A DNA stretch of 64,000 nucleotides from Aquirufa sp. (GTDB lineage Bacteria > Bacteroidota > Bacteroidia > Cytophagales > Spirosomataceae), in assembly GCA_044349095.1 (NCBI GenBank), contig JBIKRO010000002.1, positions 47,211 to 111,210 on the forward strand, in the 5' to 3' direction. Position numbers and translations under genes: made by a program. Shown in pieces: positions 1 to 10,600 of this stretch; positions within the stretch are counted from its first letter, which is position 1; each line of letters opens with the position of its first letter. The notes beneath the pieces are model-generated. The model searched no databases. It had not been told where the DNA came from and worked only from the letters and a program-made list of their open reading frames with translations.

Positions 1-8
1 TAATTTTT

Positions 9-16
9 TACATTTG
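9..16 (+). promoter_or_regulatory. candidate Bacteroidota -7 promoter box (TACATTTG, fits TAnnTTTG)
   Basis: Exact TAnnTTTG match about 30 nt upstream of the ATG at 45. The motif is short and AT-rich, so a chance match is possible. Confidence 0.3.
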
Positions 17-44
17 TTTAATTCTTTTTTTTGATTCGACCTTC

Positions 45-1280
45 ATGATTTCATATCAACAATTTACGCTTTCAAATGGACTTCAAGTCATTGTGCATGA
101 AGATCACACATCGACCCTCGCCGTGATGGATATCATTTATGATGTGGGTTCACGCGATGAAGATCCCAATCGTACTGGATTTGCACATCTTTTCGAGCAT
201 TTGATGTTTGGAGGAAGTAAAAATATCCCTAATTACGACAGTCCTTTGCAGCAAGTGGGCGGCGAAAATAATGCCTTTACCACGCCTGATTTGACCAATT
301 ATTATATATCGGTTCCTTATCAAAATCTGGAAACTGCCTTTTGGCTAGAATCGGACCGCATGATGCAATTGGCCTTTAATCCTCAATCCCTGGAAGTCCA
401 ACGAAAAGTCGTGATTGAAGAATTTAAGCAACGCTATCTAAACCAACCTTATGGCGATGTGTGGTTAAAATTCCGTCCGCTCATTTATACCCAACATCCA
501 TACCGTTGGCCCACGATAGGTGCCGGAATACAGCACATTGAGGAAGCGGTTTTAGAAGATGTGAAAGCGTTTTTTGCCAAATATTATGTTCCGACCAATG
601 CGATTTTAGTATTAGCGGGCCGAGTAACGTTTGCGGAGGCAAAGGCATTGGCTGAAAAGTGGTTTGGCCCTATTCCGGGTGGGAATAAGCCTAAGCGTCA
701 ATTGCCTCAGGAGCCTGTTCAAACAGAAGATCGCCGAATGGAAATTGTGGACAAGGTTCCGTCCAATCGAATTTATAAGGCATATCCAGTGCCAGGACGG
801 TATGATGAGGGATTTTATGCCATTGATTTAATGTCAGATTTAATGGGTCGGAATGAGACCTCATTTTTATATTTAGCTTTGGTTCAAAATAAGCGCATTT
901 TCGATTCAATCTCTGTATCGCAAACGGGATCTTTAGACCCTGGATTATTAATCGTTTCTGGCCAGGTTTGTGATGGAGTTGATTTAGCATTGGCGGAAAA
1001 GGAATTGAATCAAGCCATTCATGATTTTGTTAATTGCTCATTTCAAACGGTCGACTTGGAACGCGTTAAAAACCAGGCAGAGGCGAGTTTGATTTTTGGG
1101 GAGGTTGAAGTGCTGAATCGTGCCATGAATTTAGCGATGGCCGCGAATGCAGGCGATGTAAATTTGGTTAATTTAGAATCTGAAAATTTGGCTAAAGTCA
1201 CCTTAAGCGAAGTGAATTATTGGGCTAAAAAAATATTTAAAGAAGGGAAATCCAATACATTGATATATAAAAAGGCATAA
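45..1280 (+). CDS. M16 family zinc peptidase (insulinase/pitrilysin-like)
   Basis: Inverted zinc motif HxxEH in 'FAHLFEHLMFGGS' near the N-terminus. The 411-aa two-lobed layout is typical of M16. Confidence 0.85.
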   Translation: MISYQQFTLSNGLQVIVHEDHTSTLAVMDIIYDVGSRDEDPNRTGFAHLFEHLMFGGSKNIPNYDSPLQQVGGENNAFTTPDLTNYYISVPYQNLETAFWLESDRMMQLAFNPQSLEVQRKVVIEEFKQRYLNQPYGDVWLKFRPLIYTQHPYRWPTIGAGIQHIEEAVLEDVKAFFAKYYVPTNAILVLAGRVTFAEAKALAEKWFGPIPGGNKPKRQLPQEPVQTEDRRMEIVDKVPSNRIYKAYPVPGRYDEGFYAIDLMSDLMGRNETSFLYLALVQNKRIFDSISVSQTGSLDPGLLIVSGQVCDGVDLALAEKELNQAIHDFVNCSFQTVDLERVKNQAEASLIFGEVEVLNRAMNLAMAANAGDVNLVNLESENLAKVTLSEVNYWAKKIFKEGKSNTLIYKKA

Positions 1281-1281
1281 T

Positions 1282-1761
1282 ATGAAAATTCGCGTAGGTC
1301 AAGGATATGATGTACATCAGTGGGTTGCTGGAAGGCCATGTAGGTTAGGAGGTATTTTAATTCCTTCCGATCATGGGCCTCTGGGCCATTCAGATGCGGA
1401 TCTCGTATGTCATGTTTTGTGTGATGCTTTGTTAGGTGCGGCCAATATGCGCAATATTGGCTTTCATTTTTCGGATAAAGATCCTGTTTGGAAGGGGGTT
1501 GCTTCTACTATTTTGTTGCAAAAGGTCATGGAAATGATTCGGGAAGCGGGATGGGAATTAGGCAATGCGGATGTGACAGTGATCTTAGATCAACCCAAAT
1601 TAAATGCACATATTCCAGCGATGAAGGAGAATTTGGCCCTTGTGATGGGCATTGAAGAAAGCCAAATTTCGATTAAGGCCACGACTTCTGAGGGGATGGG
1701 ATTTGTAGGAAGAGGCGAAGGAATTTCCGCAATGGCCGTTGCATTAATTCAACAAGACTAA
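1282..1761 (+). CDS. ispF: 2-C-methyl-D-erythritol 2,4-cyclodiphosphate synthase
   Basis: 'GQGYDVHQ' and 'GHSDADLVCHVLCDALLGA' signatures, 159 aa. Starts 1 nt after the M16 stop. Confidence 0.93.
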   Translation: MKIRVGQGYDVHQWVAGRPCRLGGILIPSDHGPLGHSDADLVCHVLCDALLGAANMRNIGFHFSDKDPVWKGVASTILLQKVMEMIREAGWELGNADVTVILDQPKLNAHIPAMKENLALVMGIEESQISIKATTSEGMGFVGRGEGISAMAVALIQQD

Positions 1762-4023
1762 ATGAAAAACGTTGTCATCGACATAGAAAAAGAACGTTTA
1801 GAGATACTCAAAAGGTACCGTAAATTACTGCGTACGGCTAAGCCTTTTTTGAAAGATGACGATGCCAAGCAAATAAAAAAAGCTTTTTTACTCTCTGCGG
1901 AGGCGCACAAGGATATGCGCAGAAAATCGGGAGAGCCTTATATTTACCATCCTCTCGCGGTGGCGCAAATTTGTGTGGAGGAGATTGGGCTGGGAACCAC
2001 ATCGATTATTTCGGCCTTGATGCATGATGTGGTTGAAGATACAAATACCACATTAAAGGAAATAGATAAGGATTTCGGCCCTAAGATTACGTCGATCATC
2101 GACGGTTTGACTAAGATTGCGGGGACTTTTGAGTACGGGACATCCCAACAAGCCGAGAATTTCAGAAAGATGCTTTTGACGCTTTCGGATGACATTCGGG
2201 TGATTTTAATCAAGCTTGCGGATCGCTTGCATAACATGCGTACATTGGGGAGTATGGCAAAGGAAAAGCAATTGAAAATTGCTTCCGAAACCATTTATTT
2301 ATATGCTCCTTTGGCGCACCGACTAGGTTTAAATGCAATTAAAACCGAATTAGAGGATTTAGGATTAAAGTTTACTGAGCCTGAAGCTTACAAGGAGATT
2401 GCGCATAAATTGTCCGAAAACAGGCGTAGTAGAGAAAGTTTTGTCGAGCATTTTATTCGGCCCATCAAAAAATCGCTGGATGCGCGTGAAAAGAATTATA
2501 CGATCATTGGCCGACCCAAATCCATTTATTCCATTTACAATAAATTGAAAAAGGGCAATGTTTCCTTTGATAAAATTTATGATTTATTTGCGGTCCGAGT
2601 GGTCTTAGATGTTCCATTGGATCGCGAGAAATCTGATTGTTGGGAAGTGTATAGCATTGTAACCGATCATTATCGGCCTAATCCAAGCCGATTAAAAGAC
2701 TGGGTTTCCACTCCAAAATCGAATGGGTATGAGTCTTTGCATGCCACGGTGATGAGTATGCCTTTTGGGAATGATAAAGAGGGGCGCTGGGTAGAAGTGC
2801 AAATTCGGACGAATCGCATGGATGAAATTGCCGAAAAGGGTGTCGCAGCACATTTTAAATATAAGGGAACGGACACACGGACGAGTCAGGCTTTTGAATC
2901 TTGGTTGTCGCAAGTTAGAGAGGCCTTGGAATCCAATGATAAATCCAAATCTGCCGTCGAGCTAGTGGATGACATCAAAAATTCACTTTACCATGAGGAA
3001 GTTTTTGTGTTTACTCCTAAAGGAAAATTAATTGTTTTGCAGTCTGGTTCTACAGCTTTAGATTTTGCTTTTGAGATACATTCTGAAGTGGGTGCGCGGT
3101 GCATTGGGGCTAAAGTGGGAGGGAAATTAGTTCCCCTATCTCATAAATTAGCGAATGGAGATCAGATTGAAATATTGACTTCATCTAAGCAAAAACCTTC
3201 TGAGGATTGGCTTAGAATTGTCTTTACGACCAAGGCAAAAGCACGGATTAAAGAATTCATTAAAGAGGAAAATAAGTCCCATTTGATTAAGGGGCGCGAT
3301 TTGATTGAGCACCGACTGAAGCATTTTGGATATCCAGTGTTGACTTTAGAATTGACGAACCAAATTCGCGCTTATTTTAATGCGAAGGATGCAAGTGATC
3401 TTTTTTACCGGTTTGGCAAAGGCTACATTGCCATTGAGCAGTTGAAACACTGGAAGTCCGATAAGGAATCGCATGAGCGAAAGCAGGCAGAAAAAGCGAT
3501 TCAATCTCCGATTGTTGACAGCAAGACTTTCCGAAAGGAAATGCAACATTTTAATAAGGATCGCAAGGAGTCAGATATTTTATTGATTGGCGAGGATATG
3601 GATAAGGTGGATTATACGTTGGCCAAATGTTGTAACCCAATTTCTGGGGATGAGGTATTTGGGTTTGTCACCATTAATGAAGGCATAAAAATTCATCGTG
3701 CTGGCTGTCCAAATTCTCCTGAGTTGTTGTCTAGGCATGGCGATCGAGTGATAAAAGCTCACTGGGCAAGTCAGATAGCGATGTCATTTATTGTCGAGCT
3801 GGTGATTCGTGGCATCGACCGGGTCGGATTGGTGAATGATGTGACACGGATCATTTCGGATGAATTGCAGGTAAATATTACGGCTTTGTCGATAGGCGTG
3901 AAGGAGGGATTATTTGAGGGAAAAATTTCATTAATGATTCAAGACACGAACCATTTAGAATCCCTAGTAACCGAGTTAGAGCAAGTCACTGGAGTAATCG
4001 AGGTGGCAAGAGAGGAAATTTAG
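1762..4023 (+). CDS. bifunctional (p)ppGpp synthetase/hydrolase, RelA/SpoT family
   Basis: HD hydrolase motif 'MHDVVEDT', synthetase core around 'GYESLHATV', TGS-like 'VFVFTPKGKLIVL', and a C-terminal ACT-like region. Starts directly after the ispF stop. Confidence 0.9.
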   Translation: MKNVVIDIEKERLEILKRYRKLLRTAKPFLKDDDAKQIKKAFLLSAEAHKDMRRKSGEPYIYHPLAVAQICVEEIGLGTTSIISALMHDVVEDTNTTLKEIDKDFGPKITSIIDGLTKIAGTFEYGTSQQAENFRKMLLTLSDDIRVILIKLADRLHNMRTLGSMAKEKQLKIASETIYLYAPLAHRLGLNAIKTELEDLGLKFTEPEAYKEIAHKLSENRRSRESFVEHFIRPIKKSLDAREKNYTIIGRPKSIYSIYNKLKKGNVSFDKIYDLFAVRVVLDVPLDREKSDCWEVYSIVTDHYRPNPSRLKDWVSTPKSNGYESLHATVMSMPFGNDKEGRWVEVQIRTNRMDEIAEKGVAAHFKYKGTDTRTSQAFESWLSQVREALESNDKSKSAVELVDDIKNSLYHEEVFVFTPKGKLIVLQSGSTALDFAFEIHSEVGARCIGAKVGGKLVPLSHKLANGDQIEILTSSKQKPSEDWLRIVFTTKAKARIKEFIKEENKSHLIKGRDLIEHRLKHFGYPVLTLELTNQIRAYFNAKDASDLFYRFGKGYIAIEQLKHWKSDKESHERKQAEKAIQSPIVDSKTFRKEMQHFNKDRKESDILLIGEDMDKVDYTLAKCCNPISGDEVFGFVTINEGIKIHRAGCPNSPELLSRHGDRVIKAHWASQIAMSFIVELVIRGIDRVGLVNDVTRIISDELQVNITALSIGVKEGLFEGKISLMIQDTNHLESLVTELEQVTGVIEVAREEI

Positions 4024-4070
4024 TATTTTTCATAATTTATAGCTTATTTTACGTCGTTTTTTTTGATTAA

Positions 4071-4556
4071 ATGTCCCCAGAAATAGAGAAGTTCGTTTCG
4101 GTAAAAAAGATTTTCACAGCCTACTTGGAAAACAAGGGATTGCGGAAGACGCCGGAACGTTTTGCTATTTTAGAGGAGATTTATTTGCGAGATGACCACT
4201 TTGATGTGGAGGAGTTATATATCTCGATGAAAAACAAAAAATACCAAGTTTCTAGGGCCACGGTTTATAACACCTTGGATGTGTTGGTCGAATGTGATTT
4301 GGTTGTTAAGCATCAGTTTGGCAGAAATCAAGCTCAATTTGAGAAGTCTTATGGCCGTCGTCAGCATGATCATTTGATCTGTACGGATTGCCACAAAGTC
4401 ACCGAGTTTTGTGATCCACGTGTCCAAACCATTCAGAGTTTAGTAGGGGAGATGCTTCAGTTTAATGTCATGCACCATTCGTTAATATTTTATGGTTCAT
4501 GTACCAAAAAAGAGTGCGAACACCGAGATGCTTATCGGGCACAAAATCAAGAATAA
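4071..4556 (+). CDS. Fur family transcriptional regulator (Fur/Zur/PerR type not resolved)
   Basis: N-terminal winged-helix region '[11 protein letters not shown]', metal-site '[15 protein letters not shown]' with CxxC, and a second Cys pair 'CTKKEC'. 161 aa. Confidence 0.8.
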   Translation: MSPEIEKFVSVKKIFTAYLENKGLRKTPERFAILEEIYLRDDHFDVEELYISMKNKKYQVSRATVYNTLDVLVECDLVVKHQFGRNQAQFEKSYGRRQHDHLICTDCHKVTEFCDPRVQTIQSLVGEMLQFNVMHHSLIFYGSCTKKECEHRDAYRAQNQE

Positions 4557-4577
4557 TTTACGTTTTAAAAATTTATT

Positions 4578-5858
4578 ATGGCAGTTGATGTATTATTAGG
4601 ATTACAGTGGGGAGACGAGGGGAAAGGAAAAATCGTGGATGTTTTAGCTCCTCGTTATCAGGTGGTTGCTCGTTTTCAAGGGGGTCCTAATGCGGGGCAT
4701 ACGCTTGAATTTGACGGATTTAAGCATGTATTACATCAAATACCTTCTGGAATTTTTCGTCAAGAAGTTCAAAATATTATTGGCAATGGAGTGGTTTTAG
4801 ATCCGATTATTTTCAAAAAGGAGATTGACGGACTGGCTCATTTCAATTTAGATTTGCGTAAGAATTTAGAGATTTCAAAAAAGGCTTCCATCATTTTACC
4901 TACGCACCGATTGCTAGATGCGGCGTATGAAAAAGCGAAAGGGGATGCGAAGATTGGATCTACCTTAAAGGGAATTGGGCCTACGTACACCGATAAAATC
5001 TCCAGACAAGGTTTGCGTGTGGGCGATATGATTTCACCTAATTTTCCTGAAAAATATACCGCTTTAGTGGATCGTCACAAGGCTATTTTAGATGTATACA
5101 AGTTTGAATATGATTTAGCGGAGGCCGAAAAAGAATTTTTTGCCGCGGTTGAATTTATGAAAGAATTTCAGTTGGTGGACAGTGAATATGTCGTTAATCA
5201 CGCATTAAATGCTGGAAAGACGATTTTGGCTGAAGGTGCTCAAGGGTCTTTATTGGACGTTGACTTTGGATCTTATCCATTTGTGACTTCCTCCAATACC
5301 ATTACGGCAGGTGCTTGTACCGGCTTAGGGGTGGCACCTAAAAATATTGGAGAGGTTTTTGGAATATTTAAGGCCTATGCTACTCGGGTGGGTTCAGGAC
5401 CTTTCCCAACGGAATTAGAAGATGAGGTGGGTGAGCGCATGCGTCAAGAGGGGAGAGAGTTTGGTTCTACGACAGGCCGACCTCGCCGTTGCGGTTGGAT
5501 CGATTTACCCGCATTAAAATATGCGATGATGATTAATGGGGTGACCCAATTAATTATGATGAAAGCAGATGTGCTAAATATTTTTGAGGAAATATTGGTG
5601 TGTACAGGCTATGAAATGCCGGATGGTTCGTTGACGGATCAAATTCCATTTGAAATTACCGATATTAAGGTTAAGCCCGTGTATGCAAGTCTGAAGGGCT
5701 GGCATTGTTCATTGGAAGGAATGAGAAATTTCGACCAATTGCCTGCTGAGTTAACTGCCTATATTGCGTTCTTAGAGTCGCACTTAAATTTGCCGATCAA
5801 TTTTATTTCGACGGGACCCGATCGTGAAGCATGTGTTTTGCGTGGTTCTTTAGCCTAA
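4578..5858 (+). CDS. purA: adenylosuccinate synthase
   Basis: P-loop 'GLQWGDEGKGK', 'GGPNAGHT' and 'GTTGRGIGP-like TLKGIGPTY' signatures. 426 aa. Confidence 0.95.
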   Translation: MAVDVLLGLQWGDEGKGKIVDVLAPRYQVVARFQGGPNAGHTLEFDGFKHVLHQIPSGIFRQEVQNIIGNGVVLDPIIFKKEIDGLAHFNLDLRKNLEISKKASIILPTHRLLDAAYEKAKGDAKIGSTLKGIGPTYTDKISRQGLRVGDMISPNFPEKYTALVDRHKAILDVYKFEYDLAEAEKEFFAAVEFMKEFQLVDSEYVVNHALNAGKTILAEGAQGSLLDVDFGSYPFVTSSNTITAGACTGLGVAPKNIGEVFGIFKAYATRVGSGPFPTELEDEVGERMRQEGREFGSTTGRPRRCGWIDLPALKYAMMINGVTQLIMMKADVLNIFEEILVCTGYEMPDGSLTDQIPFEITDIKVKPVYASLKGWHCSLEGMRNFDQLPAELTAYIAFLESHLNLPINFISTGPDREACVLRGSLA

Positions 5859-5861
5859 AAA

Positions 5862-6467
5862 ATGAAAGCGGAGGAAAATCATTTGGCGGATTTGTTTCAA
5901 TACGATGAGATTTATTGGGTGCCCGCTGATCGAGGATCTGTTGAGATGCCAGTGAAGACCTCCTCTCAAACGATGGATTCAAATCAGGCTCAGGATAGTT
6001 CTTCATCGCCCCAAGAGCATGTGGCTGGTCGAGCGGCCGCCAATCAACCCGCAACTATTGAGCATTCATTTGAATCAGAACCTTCATTAGATGGGGAATC
6101 TTCCAAAAGTAATAGTAGTATTTCCACTCCTTGGGTCATTGTTGGTCATATATCTGAATTAGAAAAATCGCGGTTGGCCTTAATTTTTTCAGCGCCTCCC
6201 ATGTTGTTATCTGCCAAAGATTGGAGTATTTATGAGCCTAAGGATGACGAGCCCACGCTTTCTGAATTTGTTAAACAGGCGGGGGCCAATAAATTTATAT
6301 TTTTGGGCCAACAACCGGCTATTTGGCAATCTGATTTCCATGTGACAGAACTGGTCCAACTGGAAGGCAAGTCGGTTTATTTCTTCCCTCGCTTGATATC
6401 CACCTTGACGGATACTGAAAAATCATTGAAATTGGTTTTTTGGAATGCCTTGAAGTCGATGATTTAA
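5862..6467 (+). CDS. hypothetical protein (Ser/Gln-rich low-complexity N-half, ordered C-half)
   Basis: ORF starts 3 nt after the purA stop. I recognise no family motif; coding status rests on length and tight coupling only. Confidence 0.45.
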   Translation: MKAEENHLADLFQYDEIYWVPADRGSVEMPVKTSSQTMDSNQAQDSSSSPQEHVAGRAAANQPATIEHSFESEPSLDGESSKSNSSISTPWVIVGHISELEKSRLALIFSAPPMLLSAKDWSIYEPKDDEPTLSEFVKQAGANKFIFLGQQPAIWQSDFHVTELVQLEGKSVYFFPRLISTLTDTEKSLKLVFWNALKSMI

Positions 6468-6482
6468 AAACGCGGCGCGAAT

Positions 6483-6507
6483 TGTAGAGACGCGATACTT
6501 CGCGTCT
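6483..6507. repeat. REP-like self-palindromic element, copy 1 (TGTAGAGACGCGATACTTCGCGTCT)
   Basis: Internal 7-bp stem AGACGCG/CGCGTCT around a 6-nt loop. The reverse complement of copy 2 matches at 24 of 25 positions. Confidence 0.8.
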
Positions 6508-6561
6508 ATTACTCGATTTATAAATTATTTTTATTTCCCAAAGGATGTGTGTGCAAATTTT

Positions 6562-6586
6562 AGACGCGAGGTATCGCGTCTCTACA
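6562..6586. repeat. REP-like self-palindromic element, copy 2, inverted (AGACGCGAGGTATCGCGTCTCTACA)
   Basis: Inverted copy of 6483-6507 with 54 nt of spacer. Its outer end contains the tsaD stop codon (6582-6584, minus strand). Confidence 0.8.
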
Positions 6587-7580
6587 GTGCGTATCTGGCT
6601 AATGGGCTGACATCTTGTCCACAAAATTCACCTACTTCGAATTTGAAATGACCAGCCATGGCGATCATTCCTGCGTTATCGGTGCAATAGGAAAAAGCTG
6701 GGATAAAAACGTCCCAATGATTTTCTTCGCCTAATTCCTGCAACCTTTTTCGTAATCCTGAATTAGCAGATACCCCTCCTGCAATTGCGATGGAAGTACA
6801 TTTTTTTTCACGCATGGCCTTTTTGACTTTACGCAATAGAATTTCAATCAATGTTTTTTGCACTGAAGCACAAATATCTGCCTTGTATTCTTCGATGAAA
6901 TTGGGATTTAATTTTACTTCTTTTTGGAGGAAATAAAGAATCGCGGTTTTAATTCCTGAAAATGAAAAATCTAATCCGGGCATTTCACCCATGGGAAATG
7001 TGTATTTATTAGGATTTCCCTCTTTGGCAAGCTTATCGATTAAAGGTCCTCCTGGGTAAGGAAGTCCTAGCAGTTTAGCCGTTTTGTCAAAGGCTTCGCC
7101 AACGGCATCATCCTGAGTTTCCCCAATGATTTGCATATTTAGGGGGCCTTCCACCCAGACCAACTGTGTATGACCACCACTTACGGTTAAACACAAAAAG
7201 GGAAATTGGGGCCTAGGTTCTTCGATGAAATGCGCCAACACATGGGCTTGCATGTGATTTACCTCAATTAATGGAATATCTAAACTTAGGGCTAATGACT
7301 TAGCAAATGACGTTCCTACCATCAGGGCTCCAAGCAAACCGGGGCCTCGAGTAAATGCGATGGCATTCAAGTCATTTTTGTTTATATTTGCCTTTTGCAG
7401 AGCTTCCTGGACAACAGGAATAATTGATTTTTGATGTGCCCTGCTAGCTAATTCGGGAACGACGCCACCCCACTCGCTATGAATTAATTGAGTGGAAATA
7501 ACGTTTGATTTTAACTCTCCGTCGACTATTATCGCCGCCGAAGTTTCATCACAAGAAGATTCAATCGCTAGTAAAATCAT
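6582..7580 (-). CDS. tsaD: tRNA N6-adenosine threonylcarbamoyltransferase
   Basis: 'LAIESSCDETSAAI' N-terminus, 'HMQAHV' metal motif, and 'GGVSANSGLR' near the C-terminus. 332 aa. Confidence 0.95.
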   Translation of the reverse strand: MILLAIESSCDETSAAIIVDGELKSNVISTQLIHSEWGGVVPELASRAHQKSIIPVVQEALQKANINKNDLNAIAFTRGPGLLGALMVGTSFAKSLALSLDIPLIEVNHMQAHVLAHFIEEPRPQFPFLCLTVSGGHTQLVWVEGPLNMQIIGETQDDAVGEAFDKTAKLLGLPYPGGPLIDKLAKEGNPNKYTFPMGEMPGLDFSFSGIKTAILYFLQKEVKLNPNFIEEYKADICASVQKTLIEILLRKVKKAMREKKCTSIAIAGGVSANSGLRKRLQELGEENHWDVFIPAFSYCTDNAGMIAMAGHFKFEVGEFCGQDVSPLARYAL

Positions 7581-7593
7581 AAAAATTCGTCTG

Positions 7594-7601
7594 CAAAAAT
7601 A
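7594..7601 (-). promoter_or_regulatory. candidate -7 promoter box for tsaD (TATTTTTG on the minus strand)
   Basis: Exact TAnnTTTG match 13 nt upstream of the tsaD ATG, inside the 64-nt divergent gap. Confidence 0.3.
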
Positions 7602-7644
7602 AGGTAATTAAAACATAATTTGTTTTTTTCACTAAAAGAAAAAT

Positions 7645-10600
7645 ATGGTCAAATACCTGAAACTCCTCGCAAAATCAGTCCTGTATGGATTGGTGGGGAT
7701 TTTTTTGCTATTTTTTTCGATCATATTGCTTCTGCGTGTACCCTCTAATCAAATCCGATTAGCCAATTACTTTACTCCCAAAATCGAAAAGGCCATTGGG
7801 TATCCGCTAACCTTAGACGGAATCCAACTTAAGTTTTTTGACGAAATAAGCTTTTGGGGATTGCGGGTCAAAGATCCTTGGGGCAAGGACATGATTTACA
7901 TTGAAAAATTAGACATCAATTTCAGTATTTCAGATTTGTTTTTGCAAGGTTCAAAACCTTCGATGGAATATGCGCAATTGATTCGCCCCCGAGTGCATTT
8001 AATTTTGGAAAAAAAATCGGGGAAGATAAATTTGAATGAGTTTATCGACCGTATTGTGGCGTATGTGAATAAAAATTCAACCTCCACCAGCACCGAATCT
8101 AGTTTGTTTAAAATTCATTCGGCCCAGGTCGTTGACGGTACTTTTTTACTCGATGACGAGCGAGAAAAAAACCTGGCTACACCTACACATTTCGATTTAT
8201 CGCATTTCAGTTTTGTCAAAATAAATTCAAAAGTAGCCGATTTTTATGTCCACGGGGATACGATAGGACTTCAGACGATCGGTTTTCAGACGATCGATCC
8301 TTCAAGTAAATTCCAAGTTAAAAAGTTAGATACCAAGTTCATGATTTCAGATCGGCAAATGCGATTTGATGATTTGACCTTATTTTTTAATGACTCTTAT
8401 GTTGGCGACCATGTCCACATGAATTACCAAAAAATAAATGACTTGACGAAGTGGATTACAAAAGTTGACATGGTCGGTAACCTAAAAAATAGCAAAGTTA
8501 AAGGGGAGGATTTAGGTCGATTTGTTACTGCTATGTATGATTATAAGGGGTATTATCAATTGAATGGCCAACTAAACGGCTCGGTCGATAATTTGGCACT
8601 GAAGAATTTTGAAATAGGATTTGGCCAGAAATCTAAGTTGAAAGGTGATTTCAGCTTTAAAGGCTTGCCCAATGTAACGAAGACGCAAATGGAATTTTCG
8701 ATGAATAAGTCCATTTTCTTCCCGAATGATTTAGCCGTTTTTATCACGCAAGGAGCCTCTGAAAAAATGAATATATTGGGCTCTGTTGCTTTTGATGGAA
8801 AATTTAAAGGCACGTATGACAACTTCCAAACATCAGGCCAATTGAATACCGGTTTAGGCTATATGGAGGGTGACTTTAAACTCAAGCTTAAAGATTCTAT
8901 GGCTTTGTCATCCTACGACGGGAGTGTTAAATTGGCCAAATTTAAATTGGGCAAACTGCTGGATCTAGAAACTTACATTGGCAATATTGATCTAATAGGT
9001 AAAATAAAAGGAATCGGTTTTTCAAAAAAATCAGCCCATGTTGATTTTGATGGCAAGCTTTCTGAAATCACATTTAACGCTTATGCCTATAAAAATGTGA
9101 GTGTAAAAGGGAATTTCCAGCGTCAATTATTTAAAGGAAATGTGGCCGTGAAAGACACTCATTTTGTGGCTGAGATGTCGGGGGAAATCAACTTGCAACA
9201 ACCCAAAGCCGTGTATTTGTTGGAGGGTAAAATAGGGCATGCGGATCTAGCTAAATTACATTGGGGGAGTGAGGATGTTCAGATTAAAACGGGTTTTGAT
9301 TTGAACATTAAATTTACTGACATCGATGATTTGTTTGGCAAGGCACTTTTCACAGATATTGTGATTAAAAAACCTCAAATGGATGATTTGTCCATGGGGT
9401 TAATTTCCTTTTCGGCCAATGAAAATAATGTGGGATTTAGGCAGTATCGATTGAATTCTGATTTGATTTCAGTGGAGTTGAACGGAGATTTTAAGCCCAC
9501 TAAAATGAAAGCAGAACTGGGCCAATTAGCTGATGAATATTTATTCTATTTTAATAAAAAAGAGGACGAAAGGACTGCTTACTACAACAAGAGAAAATAT
9601 GACATCAACGATAAATATTTTGCTGATTTCACCATCATTTGCCATCAAGCCCAACCCATTTTGTCGAGATTTTATCCGTCTATTGGCGTAGGTCGAAATA
9701 CCATTTTTACTGGAAATGTTTCCAAAGGGAGAACCTATTCGGTTAGTTTAGAGTCTTATCCTGACACATTAGTTTTTGGCGGATATAAATTTTATCAATC
9801 CGTTTTTTCACTTCAAAGTTCCAAGTTTTTAGGCGGTCCCGAGGTATCTTCAAGCCTTGTTTTTCAGTCAAGAAGACAGCAGTTGAATTTTTTGACACCC
9901 ACCGAAAACTTCAAATTAAATGCACTTTGGGATCAGGATCGAATTAATTTTGACGTTGATTTCAAACAGGCTGGTGATGATAATTCGGCACATTTTGGAG
10001 GCAATTGGAGATTTGAAAAAGATGGTTTATCCTTGCGATTTAAGGATTCCTATCTGAAAATTTTAGGACAGGATTGGGCCTTTGATCCTGAAAATATGGT
10101 GACCCTGAAAGGCCAAGAATGGAAAGCTGAGCATGTATTAATATCAAACAAAAAACAATCGATTGCCTTGCAAGGAAGTTTGTCCATGGATTCCACGCAA
10201 ACATTAAGATTCCGGGCAAATAAATTCCAATTAGCAACCCTTGAGCCTATCCTCGCCATTAAGGCGAATGGTGAATTGAACGCCGAAATTAGTGTTCAAA
10301 ATTGGTATCAAAATACGCGTGTCGACTCATGGATGATTGTTGACTCGCTTCGATTGGACAAGTTTTATATGGGTAATTTACAGGGCGTGGGTACCTATAT
10401 GGCAGAATCCCAACGAATGGATTTAAACTATACCTTAAATCGGTTGGGAGAACCCGTATTGTCCGTTAGTGGACAATATAAGCCGTATGCGGAGGGGGAC
10501 CAATTGGCCCTCAAAACGGAATTGAACCGGACGAATCTAGAAATTTTAGAGCCATTTACCAGAGGTATTTTTTCAGGATTAGCTGGCGAGGCTTCCGGCG

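Noticed and set aside
1944-2294. 116-aa antisense ORF inside RelA/SpoT. Similar antisense ORFs lie inside nadA (28328-28663), susD-like (43064-43417), apbC (21240-21557) and others in the track.
   Set aside because: All are fully embedded antisense to genes with strong family signatures, and none carries a recognisable motif.
6319-6624. 101-aa minus-strand ORF spanning the end of the 201-aa ORF and the palindromic repeats
   Set aside because: It is the translation of the REP-like palindromes ('VETRYLAS') plus antisense of a better ORF. It overlaps the tsaD 3' end and has no start context.
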